64,000 nucleotides of DNA from Octopus sinensis. Lineage: Eukaryota. The notes under the pieces are model-generated. The model had not been told where the DNA came from. It worked only from the letters and a program-made list of their open reading frames with translations, and did no database searches. A program made the translations under genes and the position numbers. Shown here in pieces: positions 1-11,500 of this stretch. How positions within the stretch are numbered: position 1 is the stretch's first letter; each line of letters starts with the position of its first letter. The DNA lies in contig NC_043000.1 in assembly GCF_006345805.1 (NCBI RefSeq), positions 128,030,001 to 128,094,000 on the forward strand, given 5' to 3'.

Positions 1-113
1 TAAGTACTGGGCTTACAGAAGGATAAGTCCCGGGGTCGAGTTGCTCGATTAAAGGCGATGCTCCAGCATGGCTGCAGTCAAATGACTGAAACAAGTAAAA
101 GAGTAAAAGAAAG
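1..113 (+). mobile_element. 3' end of the abundant tRNA/CORE-type octopus SINE (OR2-like)
   Basis: Matches the tail of full copies at 12430-12818 and 53404-53831 (GGGGTCGA..CTAAAGGCGGTGCTCCAGCATGGCCGCAGTCAAATGACTGAAACAAGTAAAAGA). Confidence 0.8.
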
Positions 114-243
114 TATGTGCTTCAGTAAAATATGTAATATTACTAGCTTTTTTTATGCTTGTATATTGTTACTATGGTTTGTAGGATTTAGCCAAGACTG
201 TTAATATCTCTAACTTGCAATGATATGTTCTATTGTTGTTCTA

Positions 244-652
244 TCTTGGGAGAGTCATTGTACCAATAAGTAACACAAGCACTGGTTCTATTTCACTTCT
301 GTTATTATTAATCAACTAGTAAACAATTTAATCAATTAACAAATCAGTTGCTAGATTAATTGTTGGGTCAATCAATCCTTTCATCATGACTTGCAACTTG
401 AGACAGACCCAGTGTAGTGAGGGCATGTTGTTGCAAGTCACAATGAAAGGTTTCAAATGACCCAGGCTGAGTGATTGATTGACCAAACAATTAACTGAGC
501 AATTTACTAGTTAATTGTTAAATGGTTAACTAGTTTGTTAATAATAATAATAATAATAATAATATAATAATAATAATAATAATAATAATGATAAAAGAAA
601 TCAAATAGAACCAGTGCAAGTGTTTCCTATTGGCAAAATAACCCTCCCAAGA
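244..652. repeat. ~410-bp imperfect foldback (palindromic) element, (TAA)n expanded in the right arm
   Basis: 244-397 is the reverse complement of 430-652 (e.g. tcttgggag..cactggttctattt / aaatagaaccagtg..ctcccaaga; cctttcatcatgacttgcaac / gttgcaagtcacaatgaaagg). Confidence 0.75.
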
Positions 653-1074
653 ATATTTGAAACCAAGCACAAAAAAGAAATATTTTTCTATTTTTTCTAT
701 GAAAAGAAAAAAAAAAAGAAGTAAGTTATTTTTATCCTCTTTTGTTCAAAAAGGCAGTTAGAGGAAAACCTGGAAAGAATTATCAGAATTCCTGCCAGAA
801 ATATGGCAAAAGTGGATCCACATAAAAAAAAAAAGACTTTATTATCAAGACAAAGCTAATAATAAAACTGTTTTTAAATAGGTTCTTCAGGCAAAAATAT
901 TTAACTCATATTAATTTAGCTGGTCTAGCCACTAAATGATAGTAAAGGAAGATATATTCCACTTTGGCATATTGTGTGGTTAGTATCTTGATCAGCAGCT
1001 GTTTCTATGGAAATGTTTGGCTTTTCTGTTGATGACAGTTTTTCATGTAATGTTTACTATGTTTCCATGGAAAA

Positions 1075-2014
1075 CTTGGAATTGCCATGATGAAAGACAA
1101 TGCCATTACATTTAGCAAGTTCAGCTTGCTTCTGGTGGATTGCTTCATTTAATTGTCCAGCTGGTCATGGTTGTTGTCATCGTCATCAGTACACATCCAA
1201 ATTGACGGTCCTGTTCATGGGAAGAAGCTTGTAAGAGACAATGCCCTTCCAATCCCACTAAATTGAAAGAATAACCTTCTTTGGGTAAAGTCCTGCTTTG
1301 GAGGTTGTTTGTGTTGGTTTGTTGCACTTCACTGTGATCATTTGTACTTCACATTGATATTGACTATCCATTTTTCAATCCCTGTTACTATTCTCTTCAA
1401 AAAAGTGGATTGCTTGTTTCACACATCTTCAACGATTTGCAGATGGACATTTGTTGGGCCATGTTCTCCCATTCAGTTGATGTGACATCCAAACACTGAG
1501 CCTGCTGACATAACCAAGTTGATGCAGATGGTTTTCAACACTTGATTTGGATGTTTGGAGAATATTTGCGACCATCCTGGTCATATAACAGAGGCTGGTC
1601 TCAACTAACACCTTCACTTTGTCAATGTTAATCTCGGTCAACTGGAGCAAGCTGCATCTTGAACAGAAAAATTTCCCAATTGAAATCTTGAAAACCTCTT
1701 CTGACACCCATGTTCTGTGACAGTATCCTCTCCATACACAACACATATCTTCCTGCAAGTTTTCACTGTTGTTTTGTCTTTTTTAAGATGAAATAGTGCA
1801 ATGTGTTGATAATGTTCGTTTTGGTCCTCCATTTTCAAGGTGATCTCAAGCACATAAAATACAAACTGTCTTGTTGCATGTTTGAGTCAAACTACATGTG
1901 TCTCAGATATCTAATAAGTATGCATGCACAAAAGAAACAAGTGCATTGTGTCAGATATCTAATGAATATATATGCACAAAGGAAAAAAGCAAACAAACTT
2001 TTTAGCTAACCCAA
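1075..2014 (-). mobile_element. Degenerate mariner (DD34D-type) transposon
   Basis: TIR-like ttgggttagctaaaaag with TA at 2015-2016; HTH peptide HIALFHLKK..KTCRKICVVYGED; frameshifted LKRIVTG and WDWKG-like segments. Confidence 0.8.
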
Positions 2015-2039
2015 TAATATATTTTAACATGCAATATAT

Positions 2040-2536
2040 AATTTAATGAAAGTTAAAGAAGTGATTTTAAATTCTCCTGTTCAGGCTATATTATTAGCAT
2101 TATCTTGCGTTTGAGAATTTAAAATCACTTCTTTAACTTTCGAAGACATCTCAATGCTTATAAAGCAAACTTCGTTTGTTTGTTTAAGTTCATTGTAATT
2201 TGAATTTAACATAGGATAATGTCTCATAAAACGAGATTTCTATATATCTTAAATTTTCGGAAGAATTTGTGGTGCAGGCGGTTTAGCTTAATTGGTTCAG
2301 AGCACTGCGACGCATAATCACGGAGGTGTGAGTTCAGGTCTCATAGCCAGCTGCCAACACTTTTTTTCTGCAAAATAAGGGTAGCTTATCCTTTTTAGGC
2401 TATATTATTAGCATTATCCTGCATTTGAGAATTTAAAATCACTTCTTTAACTTTCTAAGACATCTCAACACTTATAAAGCAAACTTCGTTAGTTTGTTTA
2501 CGTTCATCGTAATTTGAATTTAACAAAATTTAATGA
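2040..2536 (+). mobile_element. Unclassified element: 129-bp direct repeats flanking a tRNA-like core, inverted 5' tip, candidate 10-bp TSD
   Basis: Direct repeats 2083-2211 and 2397-2525 (8 mismatches); 2048-2076 is an exact reverse complement of 2113-2141; aatttaatga at 2040-2049 and 2527-2536. Confidence 0.7.
2274..2356 (+). pseudogene. tRNA-Met(CAT)-like cloverleaf, degenerate, followed by a T7 Pol III terminator
   Basis: A-box TAGCTTAATTGG; D stem GCTT/GAGC; anticodon loop CGCATAA; T stem GTGAG/CTCAT with loop TTCAGGT; imperfect acceptor stem; TTTTTTT at 2361-2367. Confidence 0.6.
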
Positions 2537-3238
2537 GTTGCTGGTGGTGAAATACAAATTTATAAGCAAGGAAGTCAAAGAAAATATGGATGTGAAAGAA
2601 ACAAAAATAAATTATATATAACAGTCTCGTTATTTTTAGTGATCATCAGAAGTGTTAATTTCAACTTGCTCCAGCAGTATGATAAAGCTATATGATAAGA
2701 CAGCATATTTTTAGTTCTCAAAGTTAGTAATTACACGTTTAAATGCTGTAGAGATTCACACAGAAAGTGAGTAACAACAATTTTCACTTGTATCATGAAT
2801 ATATAATGTTGCTGAGGTAAAAATAAATGTAATCAACATAGAAAACCTGGCAGAAAGTGATGCAATATTTTGGTGTTTTATGTAACTGAAATGTGTTTCT
2901 AATATTCAGAGCAGCTAAAAGACAAGAGAAAGGCTGTTTCCAGTGGTTGAGTTCTTTTGGAAGAGAAAGAAAGAAAGAACAGCTTTGACTTCTGTTTATG
3001 TAGTCAGTACCTGGCTGAGAGGCATTGGTCTAATAAACCAATGAAAAGCAGTGAATGAGCAAAGCTTCACGTGGCTGTGTGAGTGTCACAATAAAACCAA
3101 CACTTTACTTAATTATCAATATGACAAGTATACTAAAAGACTATTGTGATGAAGAGAAAATGTAATATATCTGCTATCAGAGCATAAATGTGTGTGTGTG
3201 TGCATGAGAGAGAGAGAGAGATAGAGAAAGAGAGTATC

Positions 3239-3643
3239 CACAGGCATGGTTCTGTGGTAAGAAACTTGCTTCCAGACCACACGGTCCAAGATTCAGTCCC
3301 ACTGCGTGTCATTTTGCTCAAGTATCTTCATCTCTAGTCTTGAGCCAACCAAAGCCTTGTGAATAGATTTGGTAGACAGAAACTGAAAGAAGCCCATTAT
3401 ATATATAGGTATATATCTAAGTGTGTGTTTGTGTCTGTGTTGTCTCCCACCATTGTTTGACAAGTGGTGTTGGTGTGTTTATGTCCCTGTAACTTAGCAG
3501 TTTGGCAAAAGAAATCGATAGAATAAGTACTAGGCTTTAAAAAGATAAAGTATGGGGTTGATTCATTCAACTAAAAGTCCTTCAAGGCAGTGCCCCAGCA
3601 TGGCCACAGTCTAATGACAGAAACAAGTAAAAGATAAAAGATA
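3239..3643 (+). mobile_element. tRNA/CORE-type SINE (OR2-like), full length
   Basis: tRNA-like head (GGCATGG..GTGGTAAGAA..TTCAGTCCCACTGCGT), CORE-like segment, internal TA/TG microsatellite, shared tail. Confidence 0.8.
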
Positions 3644-3793
3644 TATATTGTATATATACACATAAATATTGAACAATGAGAATGAGTGTTCAACACCACA
3701 TTGATAGATAAAGATTGTTTATTTGTGTATTAAGGCTACTTTTGGTTTCATGTTAAGGAATACCTCAACAATTATTCAAGTCTTTCATATATA

Positions 3794-4545
3794 CAGGGTG
3801 AGTGGAAAGTAACTAGGCATTAGAAATTGCTTATAGAATTTTTAGTATTACTGAAGTCATGATGAAAACATTTTTTAACCAGACAACACTAATGGGGATT
3901 TTTTACTTTCTACTTGTCCTATTTCTTATTTTCCAGATGGGCAGTTGCTCAACTGTTCAGGAGTGAGCTAAGATAGCAGCACGCTATGAAGTGTGAAATT
4001 CCATTGTTTTGGTTCAGAGATGGTAGTGTGCATGGAAAGGTAAGCATACAACATTACATCTGGAGACAACAAGAAGTTGTCATGCAAAGTTGATGACCAA
4101 AGGCTCTGTGAACAATGCAGGAAGTGGCTGTCCAACCACATCCCAATCAGCGGAGAATGTGGCAACAGTGCAGGAAATGTTTAATCGCAGCCTGCAAAAA
4201 TCAACACATCAAGCAACTCATGAAAGTGGACTAACAGGACACACAATATGTACAGTGTTGCCTAAAAAATTGAATTTTCGTCCATGGAAACCCCATTACA
4301 CGCAGGAGCTAAAACCTGAAGACTGTGACCACAGAAGTCCAGAACACCAAGAAGTCCAGATCTCACTTCATGTGATTTTTACCTGTGGGGTTACACCAAA
4401 GAGGTGTACAAGACAAAACCTCGCACACTGGAGGACTTGGAGATATGGATTCAGGAGGTTTTCAATGATATCCCAGACGATATCCTTCAGAAGGTTGTTC
4501 ATTCCATCCCTGGCTCTTTGAAGAAACTGACTGGTGCCACCAGTG
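3794..4545 (+). mobile_element. Internally deleted Tc1/mariner-superfamily element (Tc3/maT-like)
   Basis: TA|CAGGGTG start; ORF 4090-4521 N-terminal HTH (GSV..GCPTTSQSAENVATVQEMF); another frame gives SPDLTSCDFYLWGYTKEVYKTKPRTLEDL; catalytic middle and right TIR missing. Confidence 0.8.
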
Positions 4546-4886
4546 CCACAGAGTAGACTCAGTGTTTTTTACATGGTACTAGCACAGGCAAGGTCAGTTT
4601 TGGCTTAGTTTTTACAGATAGATGCCCTTCCAAGTGCCAACCACTTCCTAGTGTGGACTGGATGCTTTTTACATGGCACCAGCACCAGCAGGATCACCAA
4701 GTAACTTGCAAGACAAGGAATTATGAGGGGAATGGGAGATTGGAGGAGATGATCTTGTGTCAGATGATGAAAGGTTAGAGTCTGACAGAGAGACTGAGAG
4801 GCAGAAATAGGTGACTTGCTATAGCAGAGGTACATGGTTACCTGGAGAGAGAGAGGGAGGAGCGCACACACTTTCCTCTTTCTTAC

Positions 4887-4949
4887 CTGTCTTCCATTTC
4901 ATCTTCATTTGGTCTTCTGTTTGTATCAATTTCACCTTTAAATTGCTGC
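4887..4949 (-). CDS. CFAP70: CFAP70 exon ([20 protein letters not shown]), last exon recognised in the window
   Basis: cacttcaAG acceptor, GTAAGA donor, 63 nt, phase 2 to 2. Confidence 0.75.
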
Positions 4950-5481
4950 CTTGAAGTGAAGAATAATAAAATAAATAGAATAATGAGAATAATGATGAAT
5001 TTAGGGAAAATAAATCAAAGATAACATTTTTTTCTATAGTCAAATAGTATGTTTTTATCATTTGTAATTTAAAATTTTTTACAAACTGAAATGAAATTGC
5101 AGCCTATTTTAAATATGGCTAACTGAGATAAAAGATGCAGAGGCATATTAGATGCACTCCAGTTTCAGCAGTGCTTATTCCAGAAAATAGTTTTCAATGC
5201 ATTAAAGCATATAGCACAGGTCCAACTTTACATTTAGGGGTAAATTTTGGGGGATTTTTTTTTTTTTTGAAAAACAAAAGCGCATCTTATATAGGTACAA
5301 GCATGGCTGTGTAGTAAGAAGTTTTCTATCCAACGAAATGGTTCTGGGTTCGGTCCTTCTGTGTGGCACCTTGGGCAAGTATCTTCTACTGTAGCCTTGG
5401 GCCAACTAAAGCCTTGTGAGTGAATTTGGTAGAAACTGAAAGAAGCTCACTGTCTGTGTGTATGTGTGTGTGTGTGTGTGT

Positions 5482-5524
<43 letters not shown>

Positions 5525-8500
5525 TGTGTGTGTGTGTGTGTGCGTGCATGTGTGTCTGTCTCCCACCACCACTTGACAACTGGTGTTGGTGCATTTATGT
5601 CCCTGTAAATTAGTGGCCCTGCAAACGATAGAATAAGTAGCTGGCCTTTAAGAAACAAAGTACTGTGGACAATTCATTCAACTAAATCACTCCAAGATGG
5701 TGCCCCATCATGGCTACAGTCTAATTAATGAAGCAAGTAAAGATAGAAGATTATATGCTATCAAATGTGGTAGTTTTTAACCTTTTCTCAGCTTCTCAAA
5801 AGTGAGGGTGACCCAACATGAATACAAAATACTTGATCTGCAATCAGGTATTAGAAAAAAATGATATGGTTGCACCTGGAGTGCCTTTGGTCATAGACCT
5901 GTTCAACTAGTTTTGACTTGTACCAAACAACAGTAACAATAACAAACAACACGGTTGTTTCGATAAGCTCATAAGCTCATAGCTGTGACCAATGAATCAG
6001 ACATTTGCAAAACACTGTTTTGTACAACTCATCGGAATACAATTTACTTCTTTTGCTGTCTTCTTTGCTCACCTAAATTCATCAAGGACTTGTTCAGTCA
6101 CACATTCAATTTGTTTATGGAAGTCAGATACAGCCTAGAATAAATCCATTAAGAAATATTATAAGTAAAAATACATTCTACCGATATTAATTTTATTCTC
6201 TCTTATATTTTTAAATGTAAAATTTTAGAAGGTTACTTTATTAATAATGTTGATCAAGAGACTTATTAGAAGTTCTTCAATAAAAACAATGTCAATAATT
6301 CTTATAGTACAACAATCTCTAATAGAAAGTTAATATAAAGGTACATAATGTAAGATTACTGTGAAGGAAAAAAAACACCACAGGAAGGGAATGTGGCAGC
6401 AAATAAACCATAGTCATGTACCAGAAATAACTCCCATTTAAAATTTAAAAAAAAACTATATCATTGACACCAACAGCAAAAGATGTGTCTACTAAGTGTT
6501 TGTTTTGATGGTGTAGATATCCTTAGCCACAGCTAAAGAAAGACCTCCCTTACTGACCAACATAAAACTGCTTGCCTACAGTTTCCAGTCTTTGGTCCAC
6601 AGATGTGCTCTCCTCTCTCCACCCTTCTAGTATTAATATAGTGGCTTATTCTACATGGAGCTGGCTTGTCTTACAAGGGTGGGCTGACTATGAAAGAGTG
6701 ATGTTAGAGCTGTGAAATTTTGCATGCATTTTAATTTCAACTCATTTCATTAATAACTGCATTATTTCTTTCCTGGTAAACTGACATCTGACTGTCCAAA
6801 GAAGACTTCAAAAGAAACTAGTAGTGACTTCGCTTGAAAATCAACAAAATTTGGCATTGTAATGTTATCAAGTACCTGATTCATTCATGTTGACATTCAT
6901 GTTGACAATTCCAGCTTTATCAATAGTGCAAAAGTGGGTAGCTGAACTTATGAGGGGAAGGGAGAGTCTTGAAGATGATCCAAGGTCTGGATGTCCTGCA
7001 ACTGCCACCACCAAGGAAAACATTCACTGTGTTCACTACATGGTGATGGATGACAAGTGATTGACTATAAATCAAATAACTAATGCAATAAGCATATTCC
7101 ATGAGAGAGTTGAGAATACTCTGCACGATGAACTTGGCATGACAAAGGTTTGTTCTACTCAGTGGGTGCCCATGTTTTCTGACATTTGATCATACATGCA
7201 CCAGGTTGATCACATCACAAGAAAATTTGACATTGTTTGAGACAGAGTTAGCTGGTTTCCTTGAACATTTCCTAACCCAGGGCGATTGTTGGCTTCATCA
7301 CTTTGAGCCAGAAACAAAGAGACAATCCATGCAGTGGAAACACCCTCTGCACCTGCTTCAAAGAAGGCCAAGATCGTTTCATCTGCAAGAAGGTGATGGC
7401 CTCAGTTTAAAACACATTGTGTTTATTGACTATCTTCAAAAAGGCCCTACCATCATTGGAGAGTACTATGTTATCTTGTTGAGATAGTTACAAAAAGCTA
7501 TCAAGGACCAAACACCCAGGAAAACTAAGTCCTTGGTTTCAAAGGCTGCTATGTGTGACTGTGGCTTTGAACTGGTTGATTACTGTCCCCATTTTCCTGA
7601 TTTGATCCCATCTGGCTATCATCTGTTTCCCAATATGAAAAAAACACTTGGTTGGGAACCAGTATTGCAGTGATGATAACATCATTTTTGACCAACAGGA
7701 TAAAATCTTCCTCACCAATGGGATCCAAGCATTGCAACACTAATGGAAAAAGTATGTGAACCACAATGGGAACTATGTTGAAAAACAAACCTCGGTTAAC
7801 CCTCATATGCTACCTTCACTTGGGCACTCTGGGATCATTTGTCTCTTCCCCTCTCATCATCAATACTGTGTCCCTCTCCCTCAAACCTCATACTAACTAC
7901 TATGCCAAGTTTTGCCCACCAGAATGTTGGCTCTCAGGAATTCTCTCCCCACCCATATTTTTTCTGAAACTATCATCTTTCGATTGTTCAAGGGGATTGT
8001 TAACTGTTCTGTTTCATCAGTCTTGAAGGCCTGCAAAGGTAATAGGTACAGTCCTTTCCTCCAGACCAAACCAAAAAAAAAAAAGATAGGAATAAAAGTA
8101 AAGTAAAAATCATCAATCAGATTTAGCATACTAGTTGCTTATTCCTTCAATATAGGATACACTTCAGGGACAGGACATATAATAATGAAAATGGCAAGTA
8201 ATATAGTTCAGATATCAAGTGAAAGTGAAACTTACCCTCGCAGTGCCACCTAGTCTTTTGGGAAACATAGGTCGAGGTGGAATATAAGCTTCCACCCTGA
8301 AACAAGAAAATATAAAATTTAAATAAATTATTTAAGATATTCTAAAATGCTAAGCTCAACTTCCACCAAATAATAACTTTCACACTGTCACCACAATCCA
8401 CTGGTTGTCATTGTCTTTATAAAGTCCCAGCTTTAATTCCTCGTTTAAGCCATTTGCCTTCACTTATATTGCTTATACTCTCAACAAAACAATGGTTGTT

Positions 8501-11500
8501 ACACAATCAAATACGCCATAACAAACCTATTTGTTTGAATCCCCTGCAGCCATAGGTGTGCAGCTTTGAGGAACATAAATACAAAAAATTGACTATTTAT
8601 TTAATCCAGTTATTTAAACCATTACTGTATATATTGTTGCTTGGTTTGCAAGATAAACAGTTAAATCCTTCTCAATTTCAGTTCTGATAACTTTATATAA
8701 ATGATTAGCACAGTGGTTCTCAATATTTATGACTTTGATGTACATAGGAGAGCAAATAACAAAAAAAAAAAAAAAGATACATTTCATGTACATTAGATAA
8801 AAATATTTTAAATCTAATAATTTAGAAAAATATACATAAAAAAACAGTTTTTACTTTATTTTATGTACAACACAGCATAATATAAAATAACTGAAATGAA
8901 TTTGAACATCATAAAGCTTCACTGTATGAGAATTACAAATATAAATACATGCTTTCTATGTTACTCATGTGTTAAAAAAAAAAGTTGGAGAGAGCATCTC
9001 TTGGAAAATGCAATTTTCCAATTGCCTTTTTATAAATCAGTAGCACATCTAAATACCCCTTGCAGTGCACCATTTAAGAACTACTGGTTAAAGCGGAAGT
9101 TACTTTAAGCAAGACAAAATTTAATGTAAGCTGCATGTTAGTTATTAAAAACGAAACAAAGTTCATTATTAACAACCCATATCAATATGCTAAACGTTTG
9201 TTTACTGAAAGTAAGAGAGGAAGATTGGATTGCACTAACGAAAAGCTCGAACATCATCTTAAAGGGACATACAGTAATGCTGATAGAAATAAAGTACTCC
9301 CAGAAATGCTCTGGCTGAAGAAACCACCTGAACCAAAGGTACCATTCAGTTTGAGTGACATCAGACAGAAAGAAATTGATGAGTTCATTAGAAAAGCAAG
9401 AACAAAATGTTCACCAGGGAATGACGGAGTTAGCTACAGGATGTATAAGTATTGCCTGAAATTGCATTTACAACTATTTGCACTGATAAGGGAAATGTGG
9501 AAGAAGAAAGATGTAGCAGAGTAATGGTGTATAGCTGACGGTATCTATTTACCTAAAGAGAAGGAGGCAAAAACACTAGGGTAATCCAGACCTGTTTCAC
9601 TATTAAATACTGATGGGAAAATCATGTTTGGAATCATTGCCAGGCGAATCATAAGATTCATACAGCATAACAGATATGTTAATGAAGCAATCCAAAAGGC
9701 TGGAAGCTATCAACTGTGCAAAACAACTGAAGTAAAACCTGTACATTGTATGGCTAGATCTTGCCAATGCATATGGATCTGTTCCACATGCACTAATTCA
9801 AGCAGCTATGGACTTCTTTTGGATTCCAGAAGATGTTCAATGAATGCTCATGTGTTACTATGATAAATTAAGGATAAGATTTACAGTAGGAAAGTTCACA
9901 ATGGAGGTATTGCAGCTGGATGCACAATACCAGTCATCTTATTTGTGCTGCAACTACTGATAACATCAATTGCTGAAGAATATAAGACAGGAAAGGCAAG
10001 GACAGTAATGATGCTAAGGTATTCAAAAGATAACAATATCAGAAAAAACCTTCCAAAGGTACAAACAGGGAGGAAATGGAAAGTGGAAGAGGCAGTAAAC
10101 AGGATGATCAGAACGCTAAGGTATGCCGATATAGTTGGAGTGACACAAGAAGCAAGAGCCAGTCTAGGGCTGCACAATTTCAAGCCATTTTGCATGAGCA
10201 ATGTAAAAGAGATGAAAGAGGCAGTGGTATACGAAGTGAGAAAGGAGGAAGAAGAAAGGCGAAATGTACATTTAGTGCAATGTAGTCAACAGGGACAGTA
10301 CCTGAGATGGGAGGAATATGTGGTCAGCCGCAGAATCTCATGGAAGGAACTTTGGGCTTGGGAGCAAGCAAGAACATCCTTCCTAATCAAGTCTACTTTG
10401 ACATTTTACTTTCACCGGCAAATTTAGTCTGGGGGAACATACAAACAACTGATGAATGTAGATGCAGAGAGAAAGTGACAGTGAGACATGTTCTGTCAAA
10501 CTGCAATAGGCAGATATACATGGCGTCACAATCAAGTCCTTGGTGTCATAAATGCAGCACTCAAGGAGATCAAAGGATATAGAAGGGGAGAGTACCCAAA
10601 AGTGGAAAACATGGAAAAATATACTTCCAGGAGGGAAAACGACATAAGGCCAAGACTTCAAATAAAGTATATGAGACAGACGAAAGATGGAAGGGATATT
10701 AAGAGTTGGCTATGGATTTGGAAAGACTGTTAATATTTCCACTCATAAAAACAACAAAACAACTGGACTTAATCCTATGGAATACAGAACGGAAAATTGG
10801 AATTTTGCTAGAGCTGACAGTGCCATGGGAAGAGAACATCACTAATGCGGAGAAACGAAAGTAGAAGAGGTATGAGAGATTAATCAAAGAGTGCGAAGAA
10901 CAGGGATGGATTGTCAAGTATTACCACCTGGCAGTGGGGGCTAGAGGCTTCATTGAAAGGAAAATGGTGATGTTATTTAAAAGAAGGTTTGCATTTTCAA
11001 GCTCAGAGCTGAAAAGTGTAATAAGGAGGATGCAGGAGGCAGTCGACAAAGCCAGCATCTATATATGGCTGAAGCGAGAAGACCCAAAATGGCTTGAAAA
11101 CCATAACATGCTGACTGGGAGATAATGTCGTTAGGTGAGGCTGGCTGACACTTAAGCAGCATCACTGATTGGCAAGAGGGCCAAGGTAGCAATCTCGTTC
11201 ATACCATACCCTCCTCCTGGTTCAAAGGCTTGTACCACCAAACAGCTGGTTGGCTCTGGTTGCTGGAACTGAAACTAATACAACACTGTTGGAAGGCAGG
11301 TTTAGAGAAGGCACAGGCTAAAACTACGCGCCCTTCTCCTCCATTGATCAGTTGAAGCTTAGACAGTGTCACATGACAGTTAGCTGGTGCTGGCTGCTGG
11401 AGCCTACTGGCAAGTATTTAAAGGGAAATTTGGCAGGATGGTCATTTGCCCGCTGATATTTGCTGATGCTGCATCGAAAAAACCAAAGAACAGAAGAAAA

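Noticed and set aside
870-930. YELN / KYF-like words where the next CFAP70 exon was expected
   Set aside because: The words are in different frames with stops and no suitable acceptor; likely coincidence
2083-2525. Hammerhead ribozyme in the 129-bp direct repeats (retrozyme hypothesis)
   Set aside because: No CUGANGA...GAAA core on either strand
5386-5658. His/Thr- and Cys/Val-rich ORFs (also 22739-22987, 53533-53813, 32462-32782)
   Set aside because: Translations of (TG)n, (TA)n and (TAA)n microsatellites, mostly inside SINEs; not genes
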